Of a stretch of 64,000 bases of DNA, positions 14,501 to 26,500 are shown in pieces. This stretch comes from Callorhinchus milii. Lineage: Eukaryota. Location: NCBI RefSeq assembly GCF_018977255.1, contig NW_024704742.1, forward strand, positions 115,198,001 through 115,262,000, given 5' to 3'. The position numbers were made by a program, and so were the translations under genes. The first letter of the stretch is position 1. Each line of letters opens with the position of its first letter. The notes under the pieces are model-generated. The model made no database searches and had not been told where the DNA came from. It saw only the letters and a program-made list of their open reading frames with translations.

Positions 14501-17500
14501 CCAGCAGAAAACTCAGAGAAAACACAACACTCGCTCCTTCAGAAACCAAAACCCAACTTGAAGTTGACTGGAAGGAAAGGAGGTGATGGGAAAGGATCTG
14601 AGAAACCTGCTTCTGAAACCACTGACTCTTGTGATGATCAGAACAGTGACAAGTTAAACGATCAATCTGTGCAGGTTCATGATCCTCCTTGTGAAGAAGT
14701 TAATGAGATTGTGGGTAAAGAAATGCCAAATAAGGTAGGGGTGTGTGTGTGTGTGTGTGTGTGTTAGTCAATCAAGTACTAGAATATCGAGGTTTGACCT
14801 GAGTATTTTAGCGAATGATTAGGTCAAGTGTATGTTGATTGTTGTGCACTTGTTGTAGGGTGCTCAAATTGTTCTTATTAGTGCTGAGTATTGGCGCTCA
14901 CAGTCAAAATGTTCCACAAATTTCTTGCTTGTGGAGCGATACTTAGTCTTATCATGTAACCATTTACACCCCTCCTATCAGCTCCCGGAAAAATAAATGT
15001 TACAGGATCCTGTATGCTGGAATAGAAAACATTATTTGCTAGATAACAAGAGAGGATAGGAGAAAGAAGTCTCCTTGGCTTATTTGAGATTCAACATTCC
15101 AGAATATAGTTTTTCCCTTACAGCATCAAGCTATTTCTTAAATGAGTTTCGAGCTAACTTAAAGTGCCTTACTGTGTCTTGTATTTTAATTGGATCTTAC
15201 TTTTCCCTATTCCAGTATTTAATCTGTTGGAGTATTTGTGTTTATTCTGATTGTCTGCCACTACAGACCAAAAACAATGGACAGTTTTAAATTTTTGTTT
15301 CCAGTTATTGCAGTTTATTGTTCCTGAGGATTCAGTCGTCAAAAAACATCAGCAAAGTTCTCAACAAGAGCTGAGGCTGTTATCATTTCACATGTGTTAG
15401 TGTCCAGTTTTTGTACAATCTTCTGTTTTTATTGTCACACAGGATATTGTGAGTGTTATGCAGATGCCTGAAACGACTGAAGTTGCTAAACCCATAACTC
15501 AGGAGACTCCAGCAAGTCAAGCCCACGATTCTGGGACTGAATCAAGGTAACAGGGTAGTCTCTTTTCTTCAAAAAAAATTGGTTCTTGCATCCCTATTCA
15601 AGATGATTTTTTCACCTGCTTTAAGTGTGTTCCAACAGTCTGCATTATTGGAGTCTACCAGACCATTTCTAACTCGATTTCTTATTTGAGAAAACTCAAA
15701 GTACCTCACACCTACTCATAGGAACTCTGTTCCGACTTCAGCTATGTTTGGAGTGGACTTGCCATGAGTAGATGTAATGTGTTTGGGTTACAGAGTGGTA
15801 TCTCCATTGGAATGAATCTCAAAATTTGTTCAAAATCTCTGGTTAAAAAAAGTAGGAAAAAAAGCCCCTTTGCCCATTTGATCTCATCCTTGGACAATAT
15901 TCACTCTACTGTTCTCTTGTAAGACAAGTTTTTTTCATATTGTCTCTTTGTTTTAGTTCTGTGGAGAAACTGACTTCTCATGAGGAATGTAAGGAACCCA
16001 GATCAAAAACAGGACCACCAGTGAGGAGCCGGTCCCAGAGACCCAAGCCAAATTTAGGAAAAGCAGCTGGAAAGAAAGATGTGCCAGCACAAAAAAGGAA
16101 GATTGTAGCTGAGGAGGCCACAGAATCCAGTCCTAAAACCCCTGATAATGAAGGAAATAAACCGATGACGCCTGACACTTGCCTTACTCCAGTGGTAAGA
16201 ACTATGAAACTATAGGAACATAGGCAAACAGAAACCGGAGGAGGCAATTCAGCCATCAAACCTGTTCTACCAGTTTATTAAATGTAGTTTAGTACCTTTT
16301 CGTAAAAGATGAATTTTGGACTCCGAACAAGTTGTGCATTTGTTTTAATGGTGCACAAATGAAGTTTGTTATTGATCCATTTCAAACTTGATCTGTAAGG
16401 AGGAATAAGGAGTGGATGGAGTCTCACGTGGAGTGGACTGATTAGGCTAAATGGCATGTTTCCATGCTGTGCAGTCTATGTAAATCTGTGAAGGTTTATT
16501 ATTTATTTCCTGATAATCAAGTTTTTCGATGGAATCTTTTATTGGGATCCCATCTGCTTTATAATTCAGGTGGACATTAAAGGTCCCTTTCTCTCCTGCT
16601 TTTTAAAAGTAAAATGGAGGTTATTCTTCTTTATCTTGCTTTATATTCCTTCCTCATCCAAATTCATCCCAAAACCTTGGAATTAATTGGCTCCGTGTGT
16701 CTGTTTTTAGGAAGTTCCTGACGCAAATTAGCTACATAACATTCCTTTCTTATAATTCTTATTCTGTAAAATACTTCAAGAGATTCCTTTTTCATATGTT
16801 GTGTAAATGTAACCTGTGTAACTTTAGGAATTTGGTCAATCTTTTAATTTCCAGTCTGAAGGACCATCACTTGCATCTGTACTGGTTTCCTCTGATCCTG
16901 TGGAGTCGGAGAAACAAAATGCCGCTGATTTGGATTCTATGGTATTGAGAAAGGACAGCGTACATCCTGACAAAGTACAGCAACCAGAAAGGCCACTTGA
17001 GAGTGACAACCAGGAGGAACAAGAGGAATTAAACCTGGAAACTTTTCAGGAGAAGATTATAAACAAACCAACAAGGTACAATACATTTTCTTGATTAAAT
17101 ATTAGTACCAATTTTCTTGATGGAATATTTTTTGATTTATGCCATAATTGAATCAAGAAAACACTGAGAACGCACTAATGGTCGAACATAGACCTATCTA
17201 AATTTATGTGAATGTTTGGAAGGACAGCTTCTTGACGCACAAATATTTAATTGAATTTGTTTGGTGGATAATATGCTAAGTTCCTTTTTTTTAAGTCTTT
17301 TAAAAGATGCAATTTTAGTGGAAAACATACTGAAGATGCTAATATGCCTGCTAATTATGCTGCAGGACACAAGCCAATAAACTCCCTCAGCATTGTCACA
17401 CCACTTCACAGTAAAAATCCTGTGAAGCCCTTTGAGGCATCCTGCCAATGTGAAAAGCCTATACCAAATGTAAGGATTATTATTGTTATTTGTGACAGAT

Positions 17501-20500
17501 CCAGATCTGCAAAGGCGAGCTTTAATGTTACAGTAAAGAATTATAAAGCACAATAGGTTGGTAAATTGCTCGTACTTCTCCTGATTGATTGATGCATGTA
17601 AAAAAAGTAAAACTCTATAATTGTATAGGTCTGGAAGGCAGCCCAAAGCTCCAGCATTTTATAATCCTCCAGTAGAACAGAAATCATCCACCGCTTCCAC
17701 GTCATCTGAAGGAGAGAATGAGAGCAGAGGCCGAGGTAGACAGCCGCGATCTCAGAAACCCAAATCTAAAGCTAGCAAAGGCTCAGCTAAGAAGGACGCA
17801 CAAACCAAGAATGCTAGTAAAGGTCAAGGACAGGGTAAGATGACACTTGTGACCTTGCGAGCGTCCCAGGACGATGATGAAGACGATGAGCCTGAAGCGG
17901 AAGAAGAGGATGACATGTATCCCTTCAGTCCTGAGGAAGTCAATAAAGCACCAGCCTTTGTGCCTATCAGTCTGCGGTCTCCAGAACCTTTTCAACCCCA
18001 AGTGGAGGAATCCATGGAAGAGGTACAACACCAAATGTGCAATTCTTCCAAGTCCGCACAGCTTTGCCTCACTAGACTAAGTTTAAGATCCTTGTTGCAT
18101 TTTTATAACACGTGATTATAGTTTACAATGGATGAAGGTTTTATGTGCCTTAAATGCATGTAATAGTTGCCAACCCAATCTGTTTCTCACCTTTCAGCAA
18201 GAATCTTCTGACTGTCTTGACCTAAAATTGCAATGCAATCTATTTATGTATGCTAGCTGCAATCTAACAGGATATTATACAACTTTTGGACAGGACTTTC
18301 CAGGAGATTGTGAAAGGGGGTGTTACTGAGCATCAGCCTTAAATATAGACGAGACAACATTTGGAGCATATGTACTACGATTGGGCTCAGCACCTCTGAG
18401 CTGGAGAGCAGAAATAATCACCTGGGTTCCTGTTCCTTATTGAAGCCAGTTTTCTCCCTCCTCTGCTGAAGGAACAAACTCTTTCTTGGAACAGGGTTTC
18501 ACAGATGCATTCCCCTGCCCCTTTACTTGACCTGACTGGGCACACAGAGTGTCCCATCAGCAGATTTATTTGACTGGGAGGAATTATAATTGAACCCAGC
18601 CTTTTTCCCACCAAACATTCACCTCTGCATATTTTCCAACAGGGATCACTAGATGGTGATCAGGAGATTTGGCTGTGTTTTTTTTCTCCCCACCCTCATC
18701 CACCAGGTTACTGACACTTGGACACTTTTGCAATCTCCTGGAAAGTCCTGTCTGAAAGTTATATATTATATCTTGTTAGATTCCAGCTAGTATACATAAA
18801 TAGATTGCATTGCAATTTTAGGACAAGACAGTCAGACGATTCTTGTTGCATAAAGCCAGATTAATTTACTGAAACAGCAGCCCATGTTCACTGCTCATTC
18901 ACCCATACTAGCAACTTTACCAGTACAGGTATGAATTTCCTCTTTTTTTCACTATACAGATCCGGAGTTAAAAAGGATCTTGGGGCTAAGTTCACGTGTT
19001 TGGCCCTTTCTCAGGATCAGCCAATGTCACAATAGCAGTTTGACAATAATTCCCCGCTTCTTTATCCCCCCCTCCCCCCATCGTCGTCTCACGAATCTGT
19101 GCCCAGGCCTCTTCACACAATGTATGTGGTTGCAAACAGAAACTAGACTGAGAAAGGGGTTGAATTTGCTTCTTTCCAGGCTATGGCACAGCATGAAAAG
19201 GCTGCTATATATTTTATATTTCAAGCTGAAACAGGAATAAATTGCAAAATATCAAACAATTTGCATCATGTTTCAAGCAAAAGCCTTTTCAATGTTTTTG
19301 AGGGCACTTTGATGATATTATTCCTCATGCTGTATGTTCATGATTGATTTTATAACTTGTTTTCAATTTCACAAATGGTACTTGGCTTTAGTTTATTTAA
19401 GGCAATGTTGAAACGTTGCTAACATTTTGAAAAACTGTCCATTCTGTTTCTCACCCAGCTTATCAGCTGCTTCTCTGGACTGTGGTGCAGATGTTGGGGT
19501 CTCGTCAATATTGGTTTCTATTTTACAGTAAAGCTGGATGTATTGTGGACTCTCCATCATTGATCATGGCAATAGAAGTGAATGAATCCTTGATATTAAT
19601 ACCTCGGTGGGAATCTAACAAGAAATATTAATGCTCTCATATACAAACAGGTATTCATATTCAATGGACAGGGGACAACAGTGTATTCTGACATTACCTG
19701 TTTGTATATGAGAGCATTTGCACTATTTGGTTGAACCAGGAAAAGTGTTTTTGATCTGAATTCTATCAGGTCCCAGATAAGCCATAACGTTTTGCATTTG
19801 AATATCAACAAGATCAAAGCCATTTTGTCTGCCTACATCCTTATCTTACCCCATTGCTGCAAAAAAAAATTGTTACCGAGTAACTAGGAACACGGTTGTT
19901 AGTCGATTGGTGGATTGCTTTCCGGGGATAATAATCCCTTTAAATAATAATAATTTGGTCACTCCATCCACCACTGTTTGTGGAACACTGCTGTTTCAAA
20001 CACAAAATATACAGTCAATTCACTTTATAGTGTATTCTGTGAAGCACTTTGAAACGTCTGAATGATGTGATAAATGCAAGGATTATTACTAAAAGTACGT
20101 ATCCACTGTCACCTCAAGGATAGATTTTTCAAGTGCTCTCCTTGCTGGCCTCCCAAACTCCATTCTCCAAAACCTAAGACTGATCCTGAACTCTGCAAGC
20201 AGTATTCTTACCTGCACAAAGCTCTGAGTACCCACGAACCTAATTCTTAGACTCTTCTCCAATGAATTCTAATACCTTTTGAGGATTGAATTTAAGATTC
20301 TTGTCTTGATCTTCAAATTCAGTTTCCACCCAAGCTACCAATGTAATCTTCAGTCCTGCCTCCCATTCCATACTTCTTCTGACTGTTTGCTCACTCCACT
20401 GTCAACCGCTGTTGAATGCTCCTGTGCTCTGGAATTCTTCCAATTCCACTCTGCCTTGATAATTCTTTCTATGCCTTCAATAACCTCTGAAAGCATATTT

Positions 20501-23500
20501 CTTTGGCGAATGTCATCATCTTTAAAACTTTAATTTCCCCACTTGGTGTGCACCACCACATTTGCCAACCATTTTCAGATGATCTTTTCCATGAAAAGCA
20601 CAATCTAAATGCAAGTTGTTGCTGAATACAGATTGCAATATTTTTAGTCTTTTAGCTTTTGTACTTTGTTAAAAGATGCTTTTTCTATTAAATTTTTAAA
20701 ATATATTTTATATGTTCTGTATCCCGGCAGAGGAATTTTGCCTCCAATCACAGCAACGGTGTAACAGCATTTCTGAAATTGGCAATTAGAGTTGTGCACC
20801 AACAGGGCTACTATAAATTCCTTTCTATGGGTATAATCCTAGTCCTCTATTTCACTTGGGTGTTTGGTGTCTAATATTATTATATCGTGGATCTGTTTGT
20901 CTGCAAAACCTAATGCATTTAAATTGTACACAGTTATGGTGGATCCAGTAGCCAATGATTTAGCTCTTTCATAATCACATAGCAACTTCATTCTATTCAC
21001 TAAAGTAATGAGGGGACTGAACATTTTTTTAATTTTCAGTTTTGCGTTTTATTTTCACCATGAATCTACATTACTTGATAGCAGTTGTCGGTATTTAAAT
21101 AAAACTCAAAACTGAAGATAAATTCTATGCGTGACGAACTCTTAACAAGTAATGCAGAGTTGGAAACGTTCTGGTCGGAAAGTTTACCTATTCACTCCCA
21201 TTTATCATTCACACAGCTTGAAATAGCAGTTAATGTCTCAGACAGGACCTATGATAGTGACCCTGAACAGCCACTCCCTGTGGTGCCTGATAAACATGAC
21301 CCCAGTCAGTCAAGCACCCCAGTTCCAGAAGGAGAATGCAACCCATCAGCTGATGATCAGGTCAACCTTTTTGTTGTAAGTTGTTGTCGTCTGCTGTTTC
21401 CACATGTGTGTATCAGTAATATTTTTTAAAAAAAGTACTGCAGTTACATAATATACAGTTATCTCCAATCAACTGTGGCTTTCAATTCATAAAAAATAAT
21501 TCAGCAATAAAATCTTTTCAATGTTTTGATTCTCAGTATGTTCCTTGTTTATGGCGAAATCGAATTCAAATATATTTTGTGTGCTAAAATGTAATATGTA
21601 GGTTTAGATTTCTACAATATAACAATAAGTTGTGTAAAATGGTCATTGACTTGGTATATTCAATTAATTGTCCACACTGTGTCTAATGGCAAAAAGCTAC
21701 ATCATCACTTCAGTGAAATTTCCTGCAGAAATTGTAGTCTCTATTTAAATGCCAAGTACAAGCCACCTTTTTAGAAAACCTCCAGAAATATAGTGAGCTG
21801 AAGAATTACTTTACATAAATCAATACAGTTTGATTACTGGAGCAGTAAGGTTTCAAACCTTTTCTGTTTTATTTACAGGAAGTTTTTGAAATTGCCAGTG
21901 AAGAAATGAATAAAGGTAAGAAAAGGCCTGAACACGCTACTCAGTGCTGTCTTGATTCAGTAATTTTGATGTGTATAATTGGAGTCGTGTAGCTCAATGG
22001 TAAGAGCGCTCACCTTGCAAGCGAGAGACCTGGGTTCGATTCCTGGGCAAGGTGAAATGTTGGGCAAGTTTCCTTACTCCACACACATGCCTTTGTTTAC
22101 CTTGAAGTAAGTAGAAACGGATTGCTTTTCCGGGGGTAATAACTCCTTAAAAAAAAATTGATCACTTAATCCACGACTGTTTGTGTGACACTGCTGTGTG
22201 CGATTGGCTGTTGTGTTTCGCGCACAAAGTAAACAGTCAATTCACTTTACAGTATATCCTGTGAAGAGCTTTGAGACGTCTCGAAGACGTGATAAGGCGC
22301 TATATCAAATGCAACGATTATTATAGTACAATACAAAATTACATTTGTATAGTTTTTCACATCGAGAGGATGTCCCAAGTTGCTGGACAGTCATGCTATT
22401 GAATTGGTCACTGTTAATGGTGCTAAAAAATCTAATATATCTTTGAACGTTTGCCATTGTTTGTCTACCATCATATGTTTTAATCTACTTTCCCAGTCTA
22501 TTTTAGCCAAATTGTCCCTGATACTGTACGTTAATACGTTTCGCCCACAAAATATACAGTCAATTCACTTTACAGTATATTCTGTGAAGTGCTTTGAGAC
22601 ATCTCGAAGGTGTGATAAGACGTTATATCAAATGTAAGGATTATTAATAATAATGTACTGCAAACCTTGGAGGTTATTCTTCCATTTTTTATAAATTTGC
22701 TGATCTTCAGTCGGTAAAAAGCGTGCGCGATGGAGTTTTTACGATAGGAAATGCAGCATTCTGAATCACTGTCATCTCTTTCTATCTTGCCTATAATTTA
22801 AGAGCTCTCCTGTTGAAATTCTACCTTTGGAATTTGCAGACCATTTCAAACTTAATTATGCACTTTATGTTTTTGCTCTCCTCACACTTTGTATGTTTCC
22901 TACTTGCCAGTCCTCTTGAGAGATTCGACTGACCTCATAAAATGCTGCTGTTGGCCTTCTTCACAGGTGGCTGGGATCTTCTTTGCTCTGGGTTGCTTTG
23001 TTCTTTGTTCTCTCTTGAGAGTGATCAGCCTTATTGGATAATATTCTATGTGTGGAGCACCTTATCTAAGTAAGCTCTCATCATATGTAAAGCTAGACAG
23101 TAAGAGTTCCCTCAGGCTTAGCCACCTGTGTCACATTTTTGTAAAGAAACAATAATAAATTGGTCAGTTTCAATCCACCACTGTTTGTGGGACACTGCTG
23201 TGCGCAATAGGCTGCATTGTTTCACCCACAAATATACGGTCATTTCACTTCACAGTCTATTCTGTGAAACGCTTTTGAGATGTCGAGAAGATGTGAAAAG
23301 CGCTATATCAAATGCAAGGATTATTATTATTATTCTCTTCTTCACCCAGTCTTCTTGTATATCTCCAGCTCTGGGACTTGCATCTTTAAATTATATTGCA
23401 GGTAACCATGCAGGAAGCTCAAAGTCTGCCATATTTGTAATATTCAAAGAACTTCCTTTTCATTCACATATCAATGCAGCTAAAGAGGAGAATGTTCTAG

Positions 23501-26500
23501 GTGAGACTTTTTTTAAGCTTAGGATCTGTACAGATCTTGGATGAATTACTGAACTCTATCATTAACTGGACATAAAAACAGAAGTCACGAGTATTGTGCC
23601 TAGCGCTACTCAGATTTTATTGTACATTTGATTTGAGCCAATATATTAATTCTTGCATTTGATATACAGCCCTATCGCGTCATTGAGCGGTCCCAAATTG
23701 CTTCACAGGATTTATTGTAAAGTATAGTGACTGTATTTGTAGTCCAACTAGGAAGCCAATTTGCACACATCATTGTTCCACAAACAGCCATGAAGTGAAT
23801 GGCAGAACAGTCAGTTCTGCAAATCTAAAACTCCACTTAGTAACAACACAGTATCATGTATCCTCAGAACAAAGCTCCATCTTTCAATCAACCTCAAAAC
23901 AGTTCAATGAATATTAAAGCTGCAGAGATTTTGTACTGGTAAACTGTTTTCTATTTGCTTCTATTCTGTCCTCAAAATAAAATTTAGGAAGTCTCATAGC
24001 GTAGTGGTTTGTGCGATTAAGACAGGACCGGGTTGATTCCTGGCAGGGCGAAACCTTAGGCAAGTTTCCTTACCCCAAATGCCTCTGCTTACTAGTAGTA
24101 AGTAGGAACCTGGTTGTTAGTCGGTTGGCAGATCGCTCTCTGTGGGAAATGGTTTGTGTGTCAGCCTGGCACAGTAGTAGTACTCGCACCTCTGACTCAG
24201 AAGGTTCCAGGTTCAAGCCAAAACGGAACTGTATCAATGTTTCTTTCTCTATAAATTGCATTTATGCTTTTAGTAAATAATGCTAACTTTTTATTATGAA
24301 TGATGGTTCAATTAGAGAAGGACCCTTGCAGCGTGGAGCCCAGTGACACTTGCATCGCGGAGCCCGGGGACCCTCGCATCGCGGAGCCCGGGGACGCTCC
24401 CATAGCGGAGCCCGGGGACGCTCGCATCGCGGAGCCCGGGGACCCTCGCATCGCGGAGCCCGGGGACCCTCGCATCGCGGAGCCCGGGGACCCTCGCATC
24501 GCGGAGCCCGGGGACCCTCGCATCGCGGAGCCCGGGGACCCTCGCATCGCGGAGCCCGGGGACCCTCGCATCGCGGAGCCCGGGGACCCTCCCATCGCGG
24601 AGCCCGGGGACGCTCCCATCGCGGAGCCCGGGGACGCTCCCATCGCGGAGCCCGGGGCCCCTCGCATCGCGGAGCCCGGGGCCCCTCGCATCGCGGAGCC
24701 CGGGGCCCCTCGCATCGCGGAGCCCGGGGCCCCTCCCATCGCGGAGCCCGGGGCCCCTCGCATCGCGGAGCCCGGGGCCCCTCCCATCGCGGAGCCCGGG
24801 GCCCCTCGCATCGCGGAGCCCGGGGCCCCTCGCATCGCGGAGCCCAGTGAGCCTGGCAGGAGAAAGCTCAATGACTCTTGCAGCACAAAGCTTTGTAACC
24901 CCGGCAGTGCAGGGCTTGGTGATGGATTACACAATACTGAGGATACTCATGGAACCTGCGCAAATCAGAAAATCGTGGATCAGGCTTCTGTTCATGGTGG
25001 TGACCCTTCTTTGCAAACTGCTGAAACGATTGAAACAGAAATTAAGTCTAGGAAAGCTGACGAGCAGAACGTTTCTACAGGACGAGATGTGAAGGATGCG
25101 CTGTTATCTGAAAAAGAGAAACCAACTCAATCAAAAGAGGACTCCAGCAGTAGGAGTTTTAGGTATGTCTGGTTCAGATTTTAAGGCTTATGCCCCTTAT
25201 AATGGATTCCTCTACCAAAGGGAATTAGCAGAATAGTGCAGAGATCAGTCCTCTCCTCAAAATATATTGTAGCTTATCTCCATGGATCTCATTTAGATGA
25301 GATCTAACTACGCTAGTTCTGTGCAAGGAGAACTTTCCTCTGAACTTCTTCTAAACTTCAGCGCTGCGAGTTTAAACCTGCTGCTATGTTGTATGAAGAA
25401 TCGGGTGCAAGATTTTTAAAAAATTAACAAATTGTGCTTGTTCTCCATTTGTTGATTAATTGGTGTTTGGACCAGGTCTTGTGAAAGTTTCTAATTCCGA
25501 TAGCTGTGAAATTGAGACCATTGCATGAATCATTCTGAGACCAAGTGCACTGCTATTGAGAAACAAAAACGAATAATATTGTCAGCTCCCTGGATAAAAT
25601 GAATGATTGGAAGAGTTAGCTACAAAGTTGTCAATTGTCAGCCCACTCTAACAGTCTTCAGGTTTTTTTTTTGAGACACTCTTTTGGACCAGAAACTGGA
25701 AGATAAAATTGGAACAGTAAGAACCGATATTTATTTGTTCTCCTTCACTTTAGTGCCTCTTCAGCTATTGAAGTGAATGATGACACACAGGGAAATCGAG
25801 CCGTGGGCAAGTCCAGAAGATCTAGGTTTCTAAAGCCAAGGCCCAACCTCAGTAAAAACGCAGCTCGAAGGCATGTAAAAGAACAACCATGTTCAGGTGC
25901 AGAGATGGTAGAAACCCAGAGCTCCAATGCACCATCAGCACCTACTTCAGAGAGGACAAAACATGGTAAGCAAAATGGGAATTTTTAAAAATCTGATCAA
26001 AACAACAACTTGCATTTTTATAGTGCCCTTCAATAGCATTAGCATTTTGCAGCATTTACCAGCAAAGTGATTTGACACCAAACTGGAAAAGGAGGGGAGT
26101 GACCGAAGGCACAGTCAAAGAGGAAATTCTTCAGGTGTGATTGGAAGATGGGCAAAGAGGGGCAAGACAGAGGGACTGAGACAAGGAGTTCCAGAGATTT
26201 GGGACAGAGTGGCAGAAAGCATGGATGCCATTTGTAGTGTGAAGGGGATAGGGGACATGCAGAAGGCCTGAGTCAGCTAAGTAAAGGCGTGCGGAGTGAG
26301 CAGATTGGAGAAGTAGGGAGATGCCAGGGCGTGAACTGATTTGGAAGTGAGATTGAGGATCTCTCCAAAGAAAGACCTTTTTTGGGGGGAGAAATTGCAC
26401 CTGGGACCAGATTTACTCTATTTGTGTAGCATTTTAAAGTGTCCAGAATTTGCCAAATTATTGACTTAACTTTAACTTGTTTTCTGTTGTTCTTAATCAA

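Noticed and set aside
19004..19158. Box C/D snoRNA
   Set aside because: A terminal stem and CTGA are present, but the best box C (AGGATCA) has two mismatches to RTGATGA
22967..23069. Possible additional BDP1 exon (tcacag|...aa|gtaagc)
   Set aside because: Phase 1-2 would frameshift the model, and the hydrophobic translation is unlike BDP1
24308..24934. Overlapping alternative-frame ORFs (HRGARGPS)n and antisense (GSAMRGAP)n
   Set aside because: Any stop-free 24-bp repeat gives these; only the IAEPG frame has splice sites in phase with BDP1
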